64,000 nucleotides of DNA from Chrysomallon squamiferum. Lineage: Eukaryota > Animalia > Mollusca. The position numbers and the translations under genes are program-made. The DNA lies in NCBI GenBank assembly GCA_012295275.1, contig CM022670.1, positions 10,540,001 through 10,604,000 on the forward strand, given 5' to 3'. This document shows, in pieces, positions 25,871 to 41,000 of this stretch (positions are counted from its first letter, which is position 1; each line of letters begins with the position of its first letter). The notes under the pieces were generated by a model. It was given only the letters and a program-made list of their open reading frames with translations, made no database searches and was not told the origin of the DNA.

Positions 25871-26469
25871 ATGGCACTGAAAAAAGTCAAAGGGACCTTT
25901 GAGAGGGCCCTAGACAAGAATGTACAAGATCTTGTCCGGGGAATACGCAACCACAAGGAAACTGAGGTGGGCAGAATTGATAGTGGTCATAACGGATGTG
26001 AATAAATTGATAAATACAAATTCAGTCATGTAAACAAATAATTCATAATATACCATATGTAGATTCATACTTAACTGAAAGTAAATTATTTGAAAAGAAA
26101 TTATATGTAAACAATAAATTAGTGTCATATGGTGGTATAATATTTTTCAGGGTAATAAATGCAGCTACTTCCCACAGTTTATTTAAATCATTAATGACAA
26201 CCGCATACATTTTTATGCAGAATCTTTATTAGAATGAACTTTGGACAGTTGTTACTTTTAAAATTATGCAGATAATAAATTAATTGTTTACGCATATTTA
26301 ATCAGTTTGCTTTATAATCTTAAAAATGTCTTAATATCATGGCTTATTGATGCAGGTAGCTTCATTTGTTCTTATAAAGATGCTCATCTGAATACTGTTG
26401 AGATCCATATTGGCACAAACATTTATGTTAATATAGATATAGATATTACATATAGATAGATCATATTAA

Positions 26470-26510
<41 letters not shown>

Positions 26511-28711
26511 GTCATTTCCTAGCTAATTATTAAATCAGTTCAGATGTAATGCAAATTTTAGTTATTTATTATCCCAGCTAAAATGTTAAAGTTAGATATC
26601 TGTATATTTTATATATGTATTTCCAAGAATATGGTGCATGCATATAGGATGAAGACCAATCATTATTATTTTATTTATTTTTTGTTTATTATTTGTTTTT
26701 TGATTATAATTATATTAATCTTTTTCTCTTTTTTTTTAATTTTTTTTTTTTTACACATATGGTTAATCTTATAAAATAGTTTCTTCTGTTATATGTTAAA
26801 TATAAGTAATAGACATTTTGTTTATGTGGACTTGTTCCATTACAAAGATTTCATCATGTTTTGTCATAGCAACTTTTTAAATGTACATATGGTATTGTTA
26901 CAACTGCTTGTGTAACACACTAAATAAAGGAGACAGTTCCTAAAGCATCAGTAAAACCATATATATGTAGTCTTTTTATTTAGTTGGTTAAATTTCTTAA
27001 ATAAATAAAAATAAATTTAGATACATCATAACTTTAAAAATCTCACTGAGAGAGCATATGCTAGAAGGGAAATTATTTCTTTGGTAGCAACTTAGACTCC
27101 ATTATAAATCAGTTCTAGTGTTAATGTATCAAAAATTAATTTAAGTACTCGCCTAGGGTTCCAAATGCTCTTGTATGAATCTAATGCCCATTTCATCTTT
27201 TAACTTTATTACAATCCTCAAACAGTTTCATTGATTCAGTTGGTATTGATAACTATAACTGTTAAGATGCAGAGTTCAAATACAATAATTTAAAATAAAA
27301 TAAAAGGATCTTAAATATTTAAATATTTGCACTGCATATAAGTAATTTTCTTTTTCTTTTGTTTTTTAAAAGAAAAATGAATAATTTGCAAAACATATTC
27401 ACTGATAGCTTTTCTTACCAAACATAGTGTAATAAGATAGAAATTATAATTACGCATCCAAATACAGATTTATTCAGTTATTTTCACTTTATCTGAACAC
27501 ATCACACTGAACCTTCATGTCTGGCATATTAAAAATAAAAGCTATTCTCTTGATAAACTGTGTGTTAAATTCTCACCTATGCTTCGCTTTCATTTATTTC
27601 AGAGTAAATATATTGCAGAATGTATAGACGAAATCAAGCAGGAATTGAAACAAGAAAATTTGGCAGTGAAAGCCAATGCAGTAAACAAACTAACATATGT
27701 AAATATATTTCTTTCATGTTTTGTCTGTGGTTTGAATTATTGTAATTTTGTTGTTAGAAAAACAGATGTTAATAAAATTGTTCCTTTCTAAACACATATT
27801 GTTAATAACTGACAGAAAATTTTGGCCATTTTAATAACAGTTATTTGTAAAATAGAAGATCATAAATTGTGTGAGAGAGAGGTATTAATGTTATAGATGT
27901 TTGTCACATAAATAACACAATGCTATTCCTTTCTTCAGCTACAAATGCTTGGATATGACATCAGCTGGGCAGCCTTCAATATTATTGAAGTTATGAGCTC
28001 CACAAAATTCACTTTCAAGGTCTGTAAAACAAATGCCGTAAACAAAACTGGTTAAAAGCAAAGAAAATTCTTTAATTGCCTAACATTTTGTTAATTTTTA
28101 TAAACTTTATTCATTGAATTTGTCACTTGGTAGATATTTCATTAAGTTTTTGATTACTGAAATACTTAGGCATTTTTCATATTTAAAAAGAAATACCTAA
28201 CAAGAAGTATATCAGCTAGTAAACTAACATTTTATCAAAATAAAAATGTTGGGGAAAAAAAAAAAAATTAATTCCTCCAGATGAAAGACATTTTGATAGT
28301 TTTAGTTATTAAGTTTGTAAACATCAGTTTAAAAATCTATGTTAACACTTTTTATTTATTACTTGTCTACAGAGAATTGGTTACCTGGCTGCATCCCAGT
28401 GTTTCTATGAAGGCACTGATGTGCTCATGTTGACAACAAACATGATCAGAAAGGTATTAAACAATAAATATATAAATAAACGAAATATGTCTTTACAACC
28501 CTTTATATTTGTTAGATCAGTAATAAGATATGTACTCAATTTTCTGTGCTTAAGTTCAATTTTATCAATCTCATGGTATTTTCTTGTTTAATATGCTATT
28601 TTAAAACGTCTTATATAGTAGGGGAAATTCTGTTACACGGTCCAATTTTTTAATTTATTTTTTATTTTTTATTACTGCTATTATTTTATTTTCATTTATT
28701 TTATTTGTATT

Positions 28712-28755
<44 letters not shown>

Positions 28756-31700
28756 TTTAATGAAATATATTATTTAACAAAAAAAAACATCATCAAATTA
28801 GTAATAGTAATTATTATTTAAATTTTGAATTCTGTACGAGTATGATACATAATTCACTTTATTAGTAATTTAAAACAGACTTAATATGTTATTTTAGAAA
28901 CAAATATGTAGATACTTAGCTGTAATACTTTATTTTCCAGGATCTCAGCAGTCAGCAGATGTATGATGCAGGTGTAGCTTTGAATGGTCTTTCATGTTTC
29001 ATTACCAGTGATCTGGCTCGCGATTTGGCTAATGATATAATGACTTTGGTAAGGCAGCATTGTCACAGAACGTTAGATATTTACTATGCCATTTAAAACA
29101 ATTTGAAAATCAGTGAAATCTCTGGTTTTTTTGTTTTTTTTAATTAGCACAGATGATTGTCACATTTTAAACTTATTAAATAATAAAACAAATTTAATCT
29201 TGAAACTATTTCAATGTTTATTACATCCAGAGATTATTGAACAATGATAAGGGTAAACACTTCAGTGATGTATTGCTTTTGAAAAACTGTTGGACTTAAT
29301 ATATTTTAATTATTCAGATTTGTTTATTTTACATTTTGTTATTATTATTAATATTATTATTATTATTATTATCTAGATGGCATCATCTCGGCCACATCTG
29401 AGGAAAAAAGCTGTACTGATCATGTACAAAGTGTTTCTTCAGTTTCCTGAAGCACTTAGACCAGCTTTTCATAGGCTCAAAGAAAAACTTGAAGATCCTG
29501 ACCCAGGTTTGTTTTGTCACTCCATTTCCATCTAGAGCTGTTTCAATGACTAAGTCGGGTTAATTGTTGCCTGACAGAGTTATTGCCCTTTTCATATTCC
29601 TTTGATCTCTAGTTAACGTTTTCTTCTTGCATTGATTTTATAGATTTGGGCTTTTCATTATTTTAATGCAGCTGATTAAATGATTTTTTTATATATATAT
29701 ATATTATTTATTGCCAGTGTAATGTTATCCTCATATTATGTAGTCATAATAAAACAGAAACATCAGTGCATGAGTTTGTCATGTGTAAGTAAGAAAAACT
29801 TTGATTTGTATAGAATTACTATAATGTTCTTTTAAGGATATTTTCAAGCTTTGAAAAAAACTAAATTAATGTAATAAATATGTATATTTATATCTCAAAC
29901 AGTTGAACCATTATGATATGATAACGGTAATGATTAATATAATTAAATATATTGTGTATACTTTGTCTGTTGCAGATTGTATTCTTGTATTTATAGAATA
30001 GTAATAATAATAATAATAATGACAATAATAATAATAATAATAATAATAATAGTAATAGTAATACTAATAGTAGAACTAATAATGTTACAGGTGTGCAGTC
30101 AGCTGCTGTGAATGTGATATGTGAACTGGCTAGGAAAAATCCCAAGAATTACCTGTCTCTTGCTCCTCTCTTCTTTAAACTGATGACCAGCTCTACCAAT
30201 AACTGGGTTCTCATCAAGATCATTAAACTGGTATGATTTAAATACATTGGTTTTTTTTCTATACCTTTATGTACCTATGTCAGTCTGTGTGTGTGTGTGT
30301 GTGTGCATGCATGTGTGTTTAATTTTTAGCCTGAAGCACAAATATATGTAGCACTGTATTTATAAGATACCATTTATTATTAATTTTCTTGTGTTATTAT
30401 ATGGTTATTTGCCATAATTATTTGTGAAAAGAAAATTTAGAATCACACTGAAAACATTTTCTTGGTGAGTTTTGCTTTTTGTCCTGCACAATTTTTTATT
30501 TTTTTTTATTGTATCCATCATTATTTAAAAGGAAATTAGATAATAAACGTAATTAATTATTATAATAACTTTGTGTCATTTCTATCAATTAAGATTTATT
30601 TCTGTTTCAGTTTGGTGCTCTCACGCCTCTTGAACCACGTTTAGGCAAGAAGCTCATCGAACCTCTTACTAACCTTATCCATAGGTGAATATTTCATACA
30701 GACAGGGAGAGGCTTTAAACTTTGTAGATACTCTTTCAGTAAACAGATAGATAATCTTTACAGTTCTAGGACATTTCATAAAAGCTGAGTAAGGAATGAA
30801 CTGATGGTTGGGTAGAACATAAGTGTAAAGCAGGCATCAGCAAACTTTTTAAATCTTCAAGTACTCAAACTATATCATAATCAACCAGATTTATTGATTC
30901 CCTTTTGACTTCTAGACATTTATAAACTCTTTGGATAGCAACATCATCCCTGAGGGATTGCCAACAATGATGTTGCTTATCTCTGAGCTAAACTGTCATT
31001 ATAGCATTAATTCTTTTCTGTCTAAACCGTTTCATTAATTTTTTAAAGGCAGTGTATTACTGCTCAAAAGGAAAATGTATGTAAAATATTCATTGCTGCC
31101 AGATTACAAGAGCACAGTATTGGAAATGGAATTTGTCTGTTGTATCATCATTAAACAAAAAAAATATATCTAGTAATATTTTGTTCATAGACTGTGACTA
31201 GCTGTTTCATATTTTTTAAACCAAAATTTTCTCATTATTTAGTAGGCAATTTGTGGCATTACTCATTAATGAGGAGTTCAAATCGTATTCAGCAGTTATC
31301 TTAAATGTTTATAATTACAGTTAATAGAACTCAGCTTAATGAATTATAAATGTTAATAGGTATACCATCGTAATACCAGCTGTTGGTTTCTGAATAAAAT
31401 TAAGCTGTTATCGATCCACTGCATAGACAAACATTATGCAAGAGTAAATGGAGAAATGTATTTAGGTGTCCTATTTATTAAAAATAAACTTTCATAGATG
31501 ACAATGCAGTTTAAATCCACAGACAAAAATCCATATAAAATAAATAAATAAACTTTCAGAAATCAATTTTGGAACAAAACAGCTGCCATAAATACATTTG
31601 TATCACATCCTTCTCAAATAAATGAAAGCAAGAACTGGACTAAATAATTTGTTTTTGTTATCATGTTATCATGTGAAAATTAAAAGTGCCCAATGGTTTA

Positions 31701-33381
31701 GCTAAAAATATATTTTGCATTTCAGCACTTCAGCCATGTCTTTGCTTTATGAATGCATTAATACTGTGATAGCAGGTAAGTAATTTTTGTTGTTGTTGTA
31801 AATTGAAGTTATCCAAGCAATTTGTTTTACAGCACTGTGACAAATTTTGAATTGATATAGTCACTGCAAAATTAATTTTTATAAATAATGTTAGCATAAA
31901 AGTTGTTTAATTTTCTTATTGAAAACCAAACAAAAATTAGTTTTGTTTGTTTATAAGTATTATATATTCACTTCTATGATTTTTATAATTTTAAACTTCA
32001 CTGTCATTTTATTTGATGAGCATTAAAGTCAAATTGCTCAAGCTGGTTTATTAATACTTTTATTTTTGAATGTTTCTTTAGTTTGTTTTATCAAGTAGAG
32101 TTTTGTTATTTTTGTGTCTGCAGTGAAATCATTTTGTTTCAATCAAGTGAAAAATAAATGTTGCACTTTTTTCTAAGGTTTGTGGTATACATTTTTTTTT
32201 TTTTTTTTATTTTTTTTTTTTTTTTATTATTATTATTATTACTTCTTTGTCATTGCTGCACAAACACATTTTTGATTATTAAAATGAAGAAAGCCCCTAA
32301 AAAAAATCACCAGTTTCATTTCTGTTGCAATATTATGTTTATTATTTTTCTAAGTTAATTTATTTTAATTTAAATTTTTCTTTTTATAAAAAGACTATAT
32401 TTTTATCACATTTTATCTGCATTCATTTTAATATTTTAATATTTCAGTCACAGATAATGTGCATTTTCAGTCATATAAAAAATGTTTATTGTAATTTTTT
32501 ACATTGTTCGTTTAGTGTGTTTAAAACTTTAATAAATAATCTTTTCTAATATTTGTTTTGATATATTAGAATATTTCTGTTAAATGTAGTAATGAAATGT
32601 ATAAATTTGAATATTCTCAAATATTTATTACTTTCATAATAAATATTAACAGGTATATCTAAATTAACAAATGCAAAAGAAATCTAGTTTAAAATTAATT
32701 GAAATAAATCTTTAGAATTATTTTTAATTATATATGTGATAGTTTTTGTTCAAAATTAAAATATGTTTAAGCCATCAAATAGATCATAGAATAATTTTTA
32801 CCTTTCACTGATAACAAATAAAGCCAGTTACAATTAATAATGTTAACTAAATATATTCATAATAACAGTAATTAAATTAACTTAAATTACCACAAACCTC
32901 AGGTACACTGTGTAGCATATGTTATTTTATTTATTTATTGTTTTAAAATTCTACTTATTTATTTATATCTTTTTTAATTTTTGCATTTGAAATAGAAAAT
33001 AAAATGACTTATGTGTGACCATGCAAAACAGGAACTTAAAAGATTTCTTTACAATAGTCATTAAGAATTTACTGCATAATGAGTGCAAAAAGAACTAATA
33101 TCATTAAAGATGTTAAAAGTTTATATCATAAAAACAAAAGTTGAAACTATAATAAAAACTTTTTTTTACATTTTTATTTTGTTTTGTTTTTGTTTATTTT
33201 ATTTCTTCTTATTTTTCCACATTTTTGTAATGAATATCAACATGTGTGTTTTTCTGTGCATGGTTAAACATTTGACTGCGTTTCGACTGCTGTAATTAAA
33301 TTTTTACAATTACAAACTGAAATTTATGACTTTTTACAAAATTTATTCATTACATTTTTATTAAAATTATTTAATGCATTC

Positions 33382-33412
<31 letters not shown>

Positions 33413-34637
33413 TTTTTTGCAAAGATAAAAAAAAAAAACAATGACTCACTGCTGACACATAATAATTTCTCTCCTCTTACTTACAGTACTCATTTCTATA
33501 TCTTCAGGCATTCCAAACCACACTGCCTCCATCCAGGTACTTGACTTTCTTTGTTTTGTTTCAGATGAGTCAGAATTTCAGATACATGTAGTAACTTTTT
33601 ATGTATGAAATAACAGAGCTGACAAGCACTGACTATTCATGTGATATGCATACATGAGAATGAGTGTTTTGTTCATTACACATGGAATACGATTTTGCTA
33701 TTTCATGGTAACGTAAGTAAAGATCTAGCATCGCTATGCCATGGTGTAATTAAAAATTTTAACTGTCATTTTTGTTATAACAAACATGCATACTGTGTAA
33801 ATAACCCAGGCCAATGATAACCCAATTCTTTTGCAGACCAAAATAATGATCTCATTTTGATATGTTATATGAAGTAAATACATTATTTGTTCAAAATTAA
33901 ATGCATCTAAGTTCATAAACAGTATATCATTTTTAAAATTATAAGACCAGTAAAAAGTATATATATATTATCTTGCATGTAACTGAAATTCTGAATTTAT
34001 CTGTGGTTTATGGTTGTTAATTTGACTTTTGAAGGTGTTTTTGTAATTATTTACATGTACATGACTATTATAGTATTAATTTTTACATAGACATTAAAAA
34101 GGTGATGGATTTAAATGTTGGTAGTGGTGTTGAAAATAGTCACTATTTTTGTAACAAGTGTTGTTATGATTATGTGTTTACAGTAGCAATGGCTACAATA
34201 TTACTAATCTAAATTATATTTTAACTCATACAAATAATGTTTTGTTTTCTTACAAATATCAACATTTTATTGTGATAAGAAAATATTTCATTGTCAGTGA
34301 CATATGGTATGCATGATTATATCATTTACAGCTGAAATATTAACATCAATAATTAAAGCATACTGTTTTTAAAACATTTGGTGCTATTTGACAGTTGATT
34401 TTTAATTTGGCTCAGCTACCCTTATTGAAAGATTATATAATATAGATCTGTCTGATGTTTATTAAATGTGTAATTTTTTGGGGGAAATGTTATATCATTA
34501 GTTTTTGTGTGATGCTTATTGTTCATTGGTAAATGGCAAATTGTCTAAGCTTTTACCTTTCCATATGTATTCCTATACATTCCCTGTTAATGCAATAATA
34601 CCAGTATGCACATTGACATGCACATGCATGCACATAG

Positions 34638-34704
<67 letters not shown>

Positions 34705-35313
34705 CACATACATATATACATATATACATACACATACATATATACATATATACATATATACATACACATACATATATATACATACACATACATATATACA
34801 TACATAACATTAACTTGATTAAGATAATAAACCTGTCAATAAAATGTTTATTTACTATCATAGTTTCAATTTTAATTAATTTTCAGGCAATATAGGCCTG
34901 AGTTTTATTGTTAAATTGGTTGAATTATTTGTACATGTTTATAAATATTGATTCTCCAGAATTTTAAATAGTTTTTCTGTTGTTGTTTTTTTTTTGGATT
35001 TTTTAAATAAAATTTTAAAATTCTTTTTTTTATTGATTTCCATTTTTATTTAATTAAACAATATGATAATGTGTTTGAGGTGTTTCGGTGTATATATATA
35101 ACATGTTTACACAGTTGGCCATTCAGTGCAGTTGACTTTTTTGCTTTTGTTAAATTTATTAACAATGTTGTATAAATATTGTGAAAAATATCAGAACTCA
35201 AAAACAGAACATTTTAAATTTTGTGTTTATTGTTATTATTAAGCACACAAATGCACATGCATACACAGCATCTAAGAACGTTAATGTGTTTTAATTTAAT
35301 TTTTTCTCCATGG

Positions 35314-35344
<31 letters not shown>

Positions 35345-38036
35345 TGTATTTTTATTTTTAGATGTTGTGCTGGCTTTTAATGTGCTCTGATATTTTTAAA
35401 TTCAAATCAATTTAAATTATTTTTAATTCAGTTATGTGTTCAGAAGCTGAGGATACTTATTGAAGATTCAGATCAAAACTGTGAGTACCTCGTCAGCTAC
35501 CTTTCAGGTTTAGATGAAACATATGTACATATAGAATTGTTTCTGTGTGTTACGGGATATCGATTCTTCTGGGAGAATCTTTTCATCTATTGCAGCCACT
35601 GCTCTGTTGTATGAAATAAACTAAAACAAAAGTGGGACAGTCATGACCTGGGAGATAATTTGTAACAGGATAAATCCTGTCTTGCTTCTTTTTCCCATTC
35701 TACTGACCTATTACTGGTTTATCAAAGGCATTGGTATGTGCCCTCCTGATTTTGATAATATGTACATATATAAAAGATCCCATGTTTATAATAGGGGGGA
35801 AAAATGTGTCCTCTCTCATTAACTGTTTGAGCCTCAAGCAAATATATTTTTTGCAATAGATCAGTTGAGTTTTACAAAAATGTGTGATTACCCAAAAAGT
35901 TTAGTCGGTGTAAACTATACCATTTCAATTTCATAAATATTAAAAATGTTACTACTCTTTGATTATATGCAGTTTTTAACTTTTATTTTTTTAAATTTTA
36001 ATTTTTGTATTAATTTAATTTTTTTAATTTCTTTAATTTATATGTTAACACAATAAACTTTGTCCTGATAGCTGAACTGTTTTCATTTCAGTAAAGTATT
36101 TAGGGCTACTGGCAATGTCAAAGATTTTGGCCACGCATCCAAAGAGCGTTCAAGCACACAAAGACCTGGTCATGCAGTGTCTAGATGACAAGGATGAATC
36201 CATCAGATTGAGAGCTCTAGACCTTCTGTATGGAATGGTAAGATAATGTTTTAGAGAACATGTACAGCTGATGATCTTTCTTTTGTAGTAAAATATTACA
36301 AAAAATGTCCTATTATTAAGAAATATAATCATTTAATCTGTAGTACATGGAAGGGGAAAGACATTTTCAATCAGAATCATTTTTTTATATTCATAGGCAA
36401 GAAACAGAACATTAACAAGCAGATAAAATAATTAAACAGTTGTTCTTTTTTAAAGAATCTATGATACATTTAAAATCATACACATATATCAGTAAAGAGG
36501 ATAAATAAATATTTTTAGTGAATCAGTAACATATTTTAAATCAATACCAAAGGTATGAGGATAAAATATTTTTTAATTGCATCATATATTACTTAATCAC
36601 TGTTTTGATGTGTAAACTGATGAACAAATTTCCTTTGTATTAAGGTGTCGAAGAAGAACCTGATGGAGATTGTGAAGAAGCTCATGGTACACATGGACAA
36701 GGCTGAAGGGTCTCACTACAGAGATGAACTTCTAGCTAAAATAGTTCTCATCTGTAGTCAGTCCAACTACCAGTATGTGACCAACTTCGAATGGTAAGTC
36801 AGTTTTTATATCTTCTGGATGATTGTATTCTTACTGTACACATTCGGTTGTAGAAAAAAAAAATTAATATACATTATAATTTATTATTTTTTATTTGACA
36901 AAATGAAATAATGAAAAAACAATCCTTGTATTCAATGTATATGTTGTAGATAATATCACCAAAAATTTCATTAAATTTAAAATAATTGCTAAAGGCTTCT
37001 TTATGGTTTTTAAATTTTTATTTGACAAAATGAAATAATTTAAAAAAAATTCCTTTTACTTGGCAGTGTATTTTTACGAAAAATACTTAGTATTAAATAC
37101 TCACTAAATACTAATGATATTTTGTTGTTTTTTTGTTTAAATTTTATATTTTTTTAAATGAAATAAATAAAAGTAAGCATTTTCTGTAACAGTGTAGTTC
37201 ATAGATAAATAGGTTATAAAAGCTTAAAATTCATGCTCAACTATATGACTATTTCAGGTACGTAAGCATCCTAGTAGAGTTAACAAGAATGGAAGGTACG
37301 AGACATGGAAAAATGATTGCATCTCAGATGTTAGATGTAGCAATAAGGGTGCAAGCAATAAGACACTTTGCTGTGTCACAAATGGTAATAATATTTATAC
37401 ATTTTCCTCTTTTCTTTATTTTTATTTTATTTATTTTTTTAGGATAACAAATTCATAAATCCTGTTTGACAAAATTATTAATATCTGTAAGACGAAATGT
37501 TAGTATTTGTTACAGCAAATTAATATTAATTAATACAGTTAATTTGATGAACAACTGCAGTATAAATATCTACATCAGAAATAGGATTTCTTTATTGAGT
37601 TTATTGTAAAGCATTCGAAGTTATATCAATACAAATGTCTGAATTTAGAATGTTTCTTTAACATCAGATACATTTCCCTATATTGATATGCATATTGTAT
37701 CCTATTTTCTTTTGTAAACAGATAAATATTAAATATAATGTTATAATATAACATTATATAGTTACATACAAATTTTAGTAGTAATTTTATTTTATTTATT
37801 ATTATTATTATTTGTTTAAAATTATTTTGGGGTTTGTTTCATGCTCAGGCTATTCTTCTGGAGAACAGCCATGCTTTAGCTAACAACTCACAAAGGAATG
37901 GAATCTGTGAGGTGTTGTATGCTGCTGCCTGGATATGTGGAGAGTTTTCTGAGTGAGTACAATATTTGTTTATCCTGCTTTTTCTATTCCTTATTACTTT
38001 TTTTTTTTTTTTGATACATACACATGTGTGCACACG

Positions 38037-38086
<50 letters not shown>

Positions 38087-41000
38087 CTTTTAATATTATT
38101 GTTGTTCTTATTCTTCTAATAATTCCACTTATCTGCAGACATCTTCAGAATCCAAAAGCCACTCTCGAGTACATGCTGCGACCAAAGATCACAACCCTGC
38201 CAGGCCACATTCAGAGTGTGTATGTACAGAACATCATCAAACTGTACAGCAAGGTGATCATGAAAGGAGAGGTGGAAGAAGATGCTGATCTCATCAAGGA
38301 GGTGAACCAGCTGCTGTTAGAAAAACTGCCAATCTTTGAGCAGAGTTCTGATCTTGAAGTGCAAGAGAGGGTATGTATTTTGATGTTCATGTACTTTTTT
38401 CATAGAAAATAGATTTAAAAAAAGTAGATGGTTTTCATCTCTGTTTCTGAAGAAATGAATTGTGTAATTAATTTTAAATAATACTGATGCCATTTAATTT
38501 CTTTATTAGAGTGATAGTAATACTTATTAATTAATTTAAATTTGTACTATTTTAAAATATGTTGTTTTCTTAGATATGTAAAAAAAATAAAAAAAACAAT
38601 GTTATAAGTAACAGTTTAGCAGTGGTTCACTCAGTCTATCATTTTTCTGTTATTATTATTTTTATTTTATTAACTGCATTTCTACATATATTTTAATTGA
38701 AATGAAATAAAACCTACTGATTCATCTTAAGCTCATAATTCTCAAAATATCCGTGAAATTAATACAAAAACTAATTTACCATGTTAAAAAATGTTTGTCA
38801 GGCCTGCACAATGATACAGCTGGTGAAGTACACGAGCAAACTGCAGGACAAAGGGTTGAAGGTTGCTGATGATCTGGAGTCTCTGTCGGCTGGAGATCTG
38901 AACCCTGTAGCTCTCAAAGCTCAGAAGAAAGTTCCTGTTCCAGAAGGGTGAGTGGGTCCCTTAATATATCCATGATTTTGAAAATATTCATATATTCATT
39001 TATTTATTTATCTATTTTTGTTTGTGTAATTTTATATATTTACATATTTATTTTATTTTTTATTATTATTTTTAGTATTATATTTTTTTTTTATTTTTTT
39101 TTTAATTTATTTTTTTATTTATTTATTTATTATTATTTTTTTCATTATATTTGCCTGAGAATGATGGTATATTAACTTAAGGCCCTATACATTCTAAGCA
39201 TATATTGGATAATTTAACTGAAGCGTCTTTAATAAATATATCAGATGTAACTGACTTTGTTTTTCAGTCTTGATCTTGATTCATACATCAATCCACCCCC
39301 ATCTGATAGCTCAGATGAAGATATACAGGGAGCTTCATTTTTCACCATGACAACAGAAGAGCATAGGTAAATGGAGGTGTTTTGTTATTTTTTCTTCATT
39401 TATTTATGGATTTACTTATTTGTGCCTTAGAAATGGAAGAATTTGATTAAATAAACTAAGCTCTTTTTTCCAGTTTTATAGAACTAGGAATTACATTTAA
39501 ATACAAATACCACATTTTAAATAAAAACCCAGTAACTATGACACATATTTTAATTAATTAGAAATTTTCAGATTATGAACAAAATTACAATCATTTTTCC
39601 AGTTAATGTTTGTTTTAAAGAAAATTATTTTTGTATAATTATAATGGATTAAAATTAAGCATGTGTAACAGATTTTTTGTTTTGATGTTTTCTATTTCCT
39701 TTTAAAAAAAAATTTATTATGTTTAATTTTTTAATTTTTGGTATATTAATATTGATTTAAATCATTTTTCATAGACCTTCATATCAATATGAAGCTGATG
39801 GTAAGACATACGAACCAACAGAGGATGAAATAGAAAAAGTGAGTGTTTTCTGTGTACATTTTTGTTTTAATATACTTTAAGAATGGACAGTTTCTAATTA
39901 CAGATTATTTTGATAGAAAATTTAACATCTGGAATTCTGCACTTAACAAAAGTAATTAAGTATATTGAAAAATTATTTTTAAGTTATTATCAAAATATAA
40001 ATAACTATAAACACTTGATAAATGATATTTTGTGCATATTTTGGTATTTTTGTTCATTTTATACATTACTTTATTTTTATTTTGGTATTTCAGCAGCGTG
40101 AAGCTAGGAAATTTGAAATGGAACACAATCCACATTATTTGAAAGGAGACACAAAGAGAAAGGTTGGTCACAATAATTTTGTTCATTATGTTTTGTTGGA
40201 GCAATTTTTTTTGGGGGGGGGGTGAGGAGGTTTGTAGGTGTTTTTTTTTTAATTATTTCTCTTGCGTATTTTATAACATCATTTATCAACATTTTTATAT
40301 TTAATTATTTTATTTTACATTTTATTTGAATAGGGTAAGAAATATGATGGATCCGGTATTGATGACATTCCAGTTGCTAAAATTGATCTTTCTGTTCCTC
40401 TACATGTGCCTGGTAGGTCTCCAGTTTCTAAATGCACATTTTTTTAATAAGTTATATCTCAGATGAATTGTTCAAAATTTTTGGAGAGATTTATTTTATT
40501 TTTATTTTTTGTCATAAAAATAGTCAGACTTTAGTAATTTCATTTATTAATTTGCCTTTATCATTTACTTTTTATTTATTATTGTTACTGTTGTTTATTA
40601 TTATTGTTTTTGTTGTTTATTGTTTATTATTATTATTATTATTATTTTTTTTTTTTTTTTTATTTCTTATTCTTTTCTTTCTGGCTTTTTTCTTTATTGA
40701 TTTGTTTTGAGCAGTGAATTAAAATTCCTATCTATTATTACTTTTTCCTTTACATTTAACGAAACCATTTTGATTCCATTTACTCCCAACAGTTATTGAC
40801 GTTAAACAAAGATACCATTCCAATTATTCTACAGGCATATCAGCGTCTGACAAGTACATGGTGTTGCCAAGCTCAGATAGGAAGGGTAAGAAGTCTAAAA
40901 AGGGCAAAAAGAAGAAGAAGAAGGGCCATGGAGCCACAGAGTCAGATGAAGATGTTGAGGCTATGCATGCTGTGAGCACAGTTGTTGACATGCCAGAGGT

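Noticed and set aside
37694-37706. U12-type 5' splice site (GTATCCTAT)
   Set aside because: It is mid-intron with no adjoining exon; all assembled introns are ordinary GT-AG.
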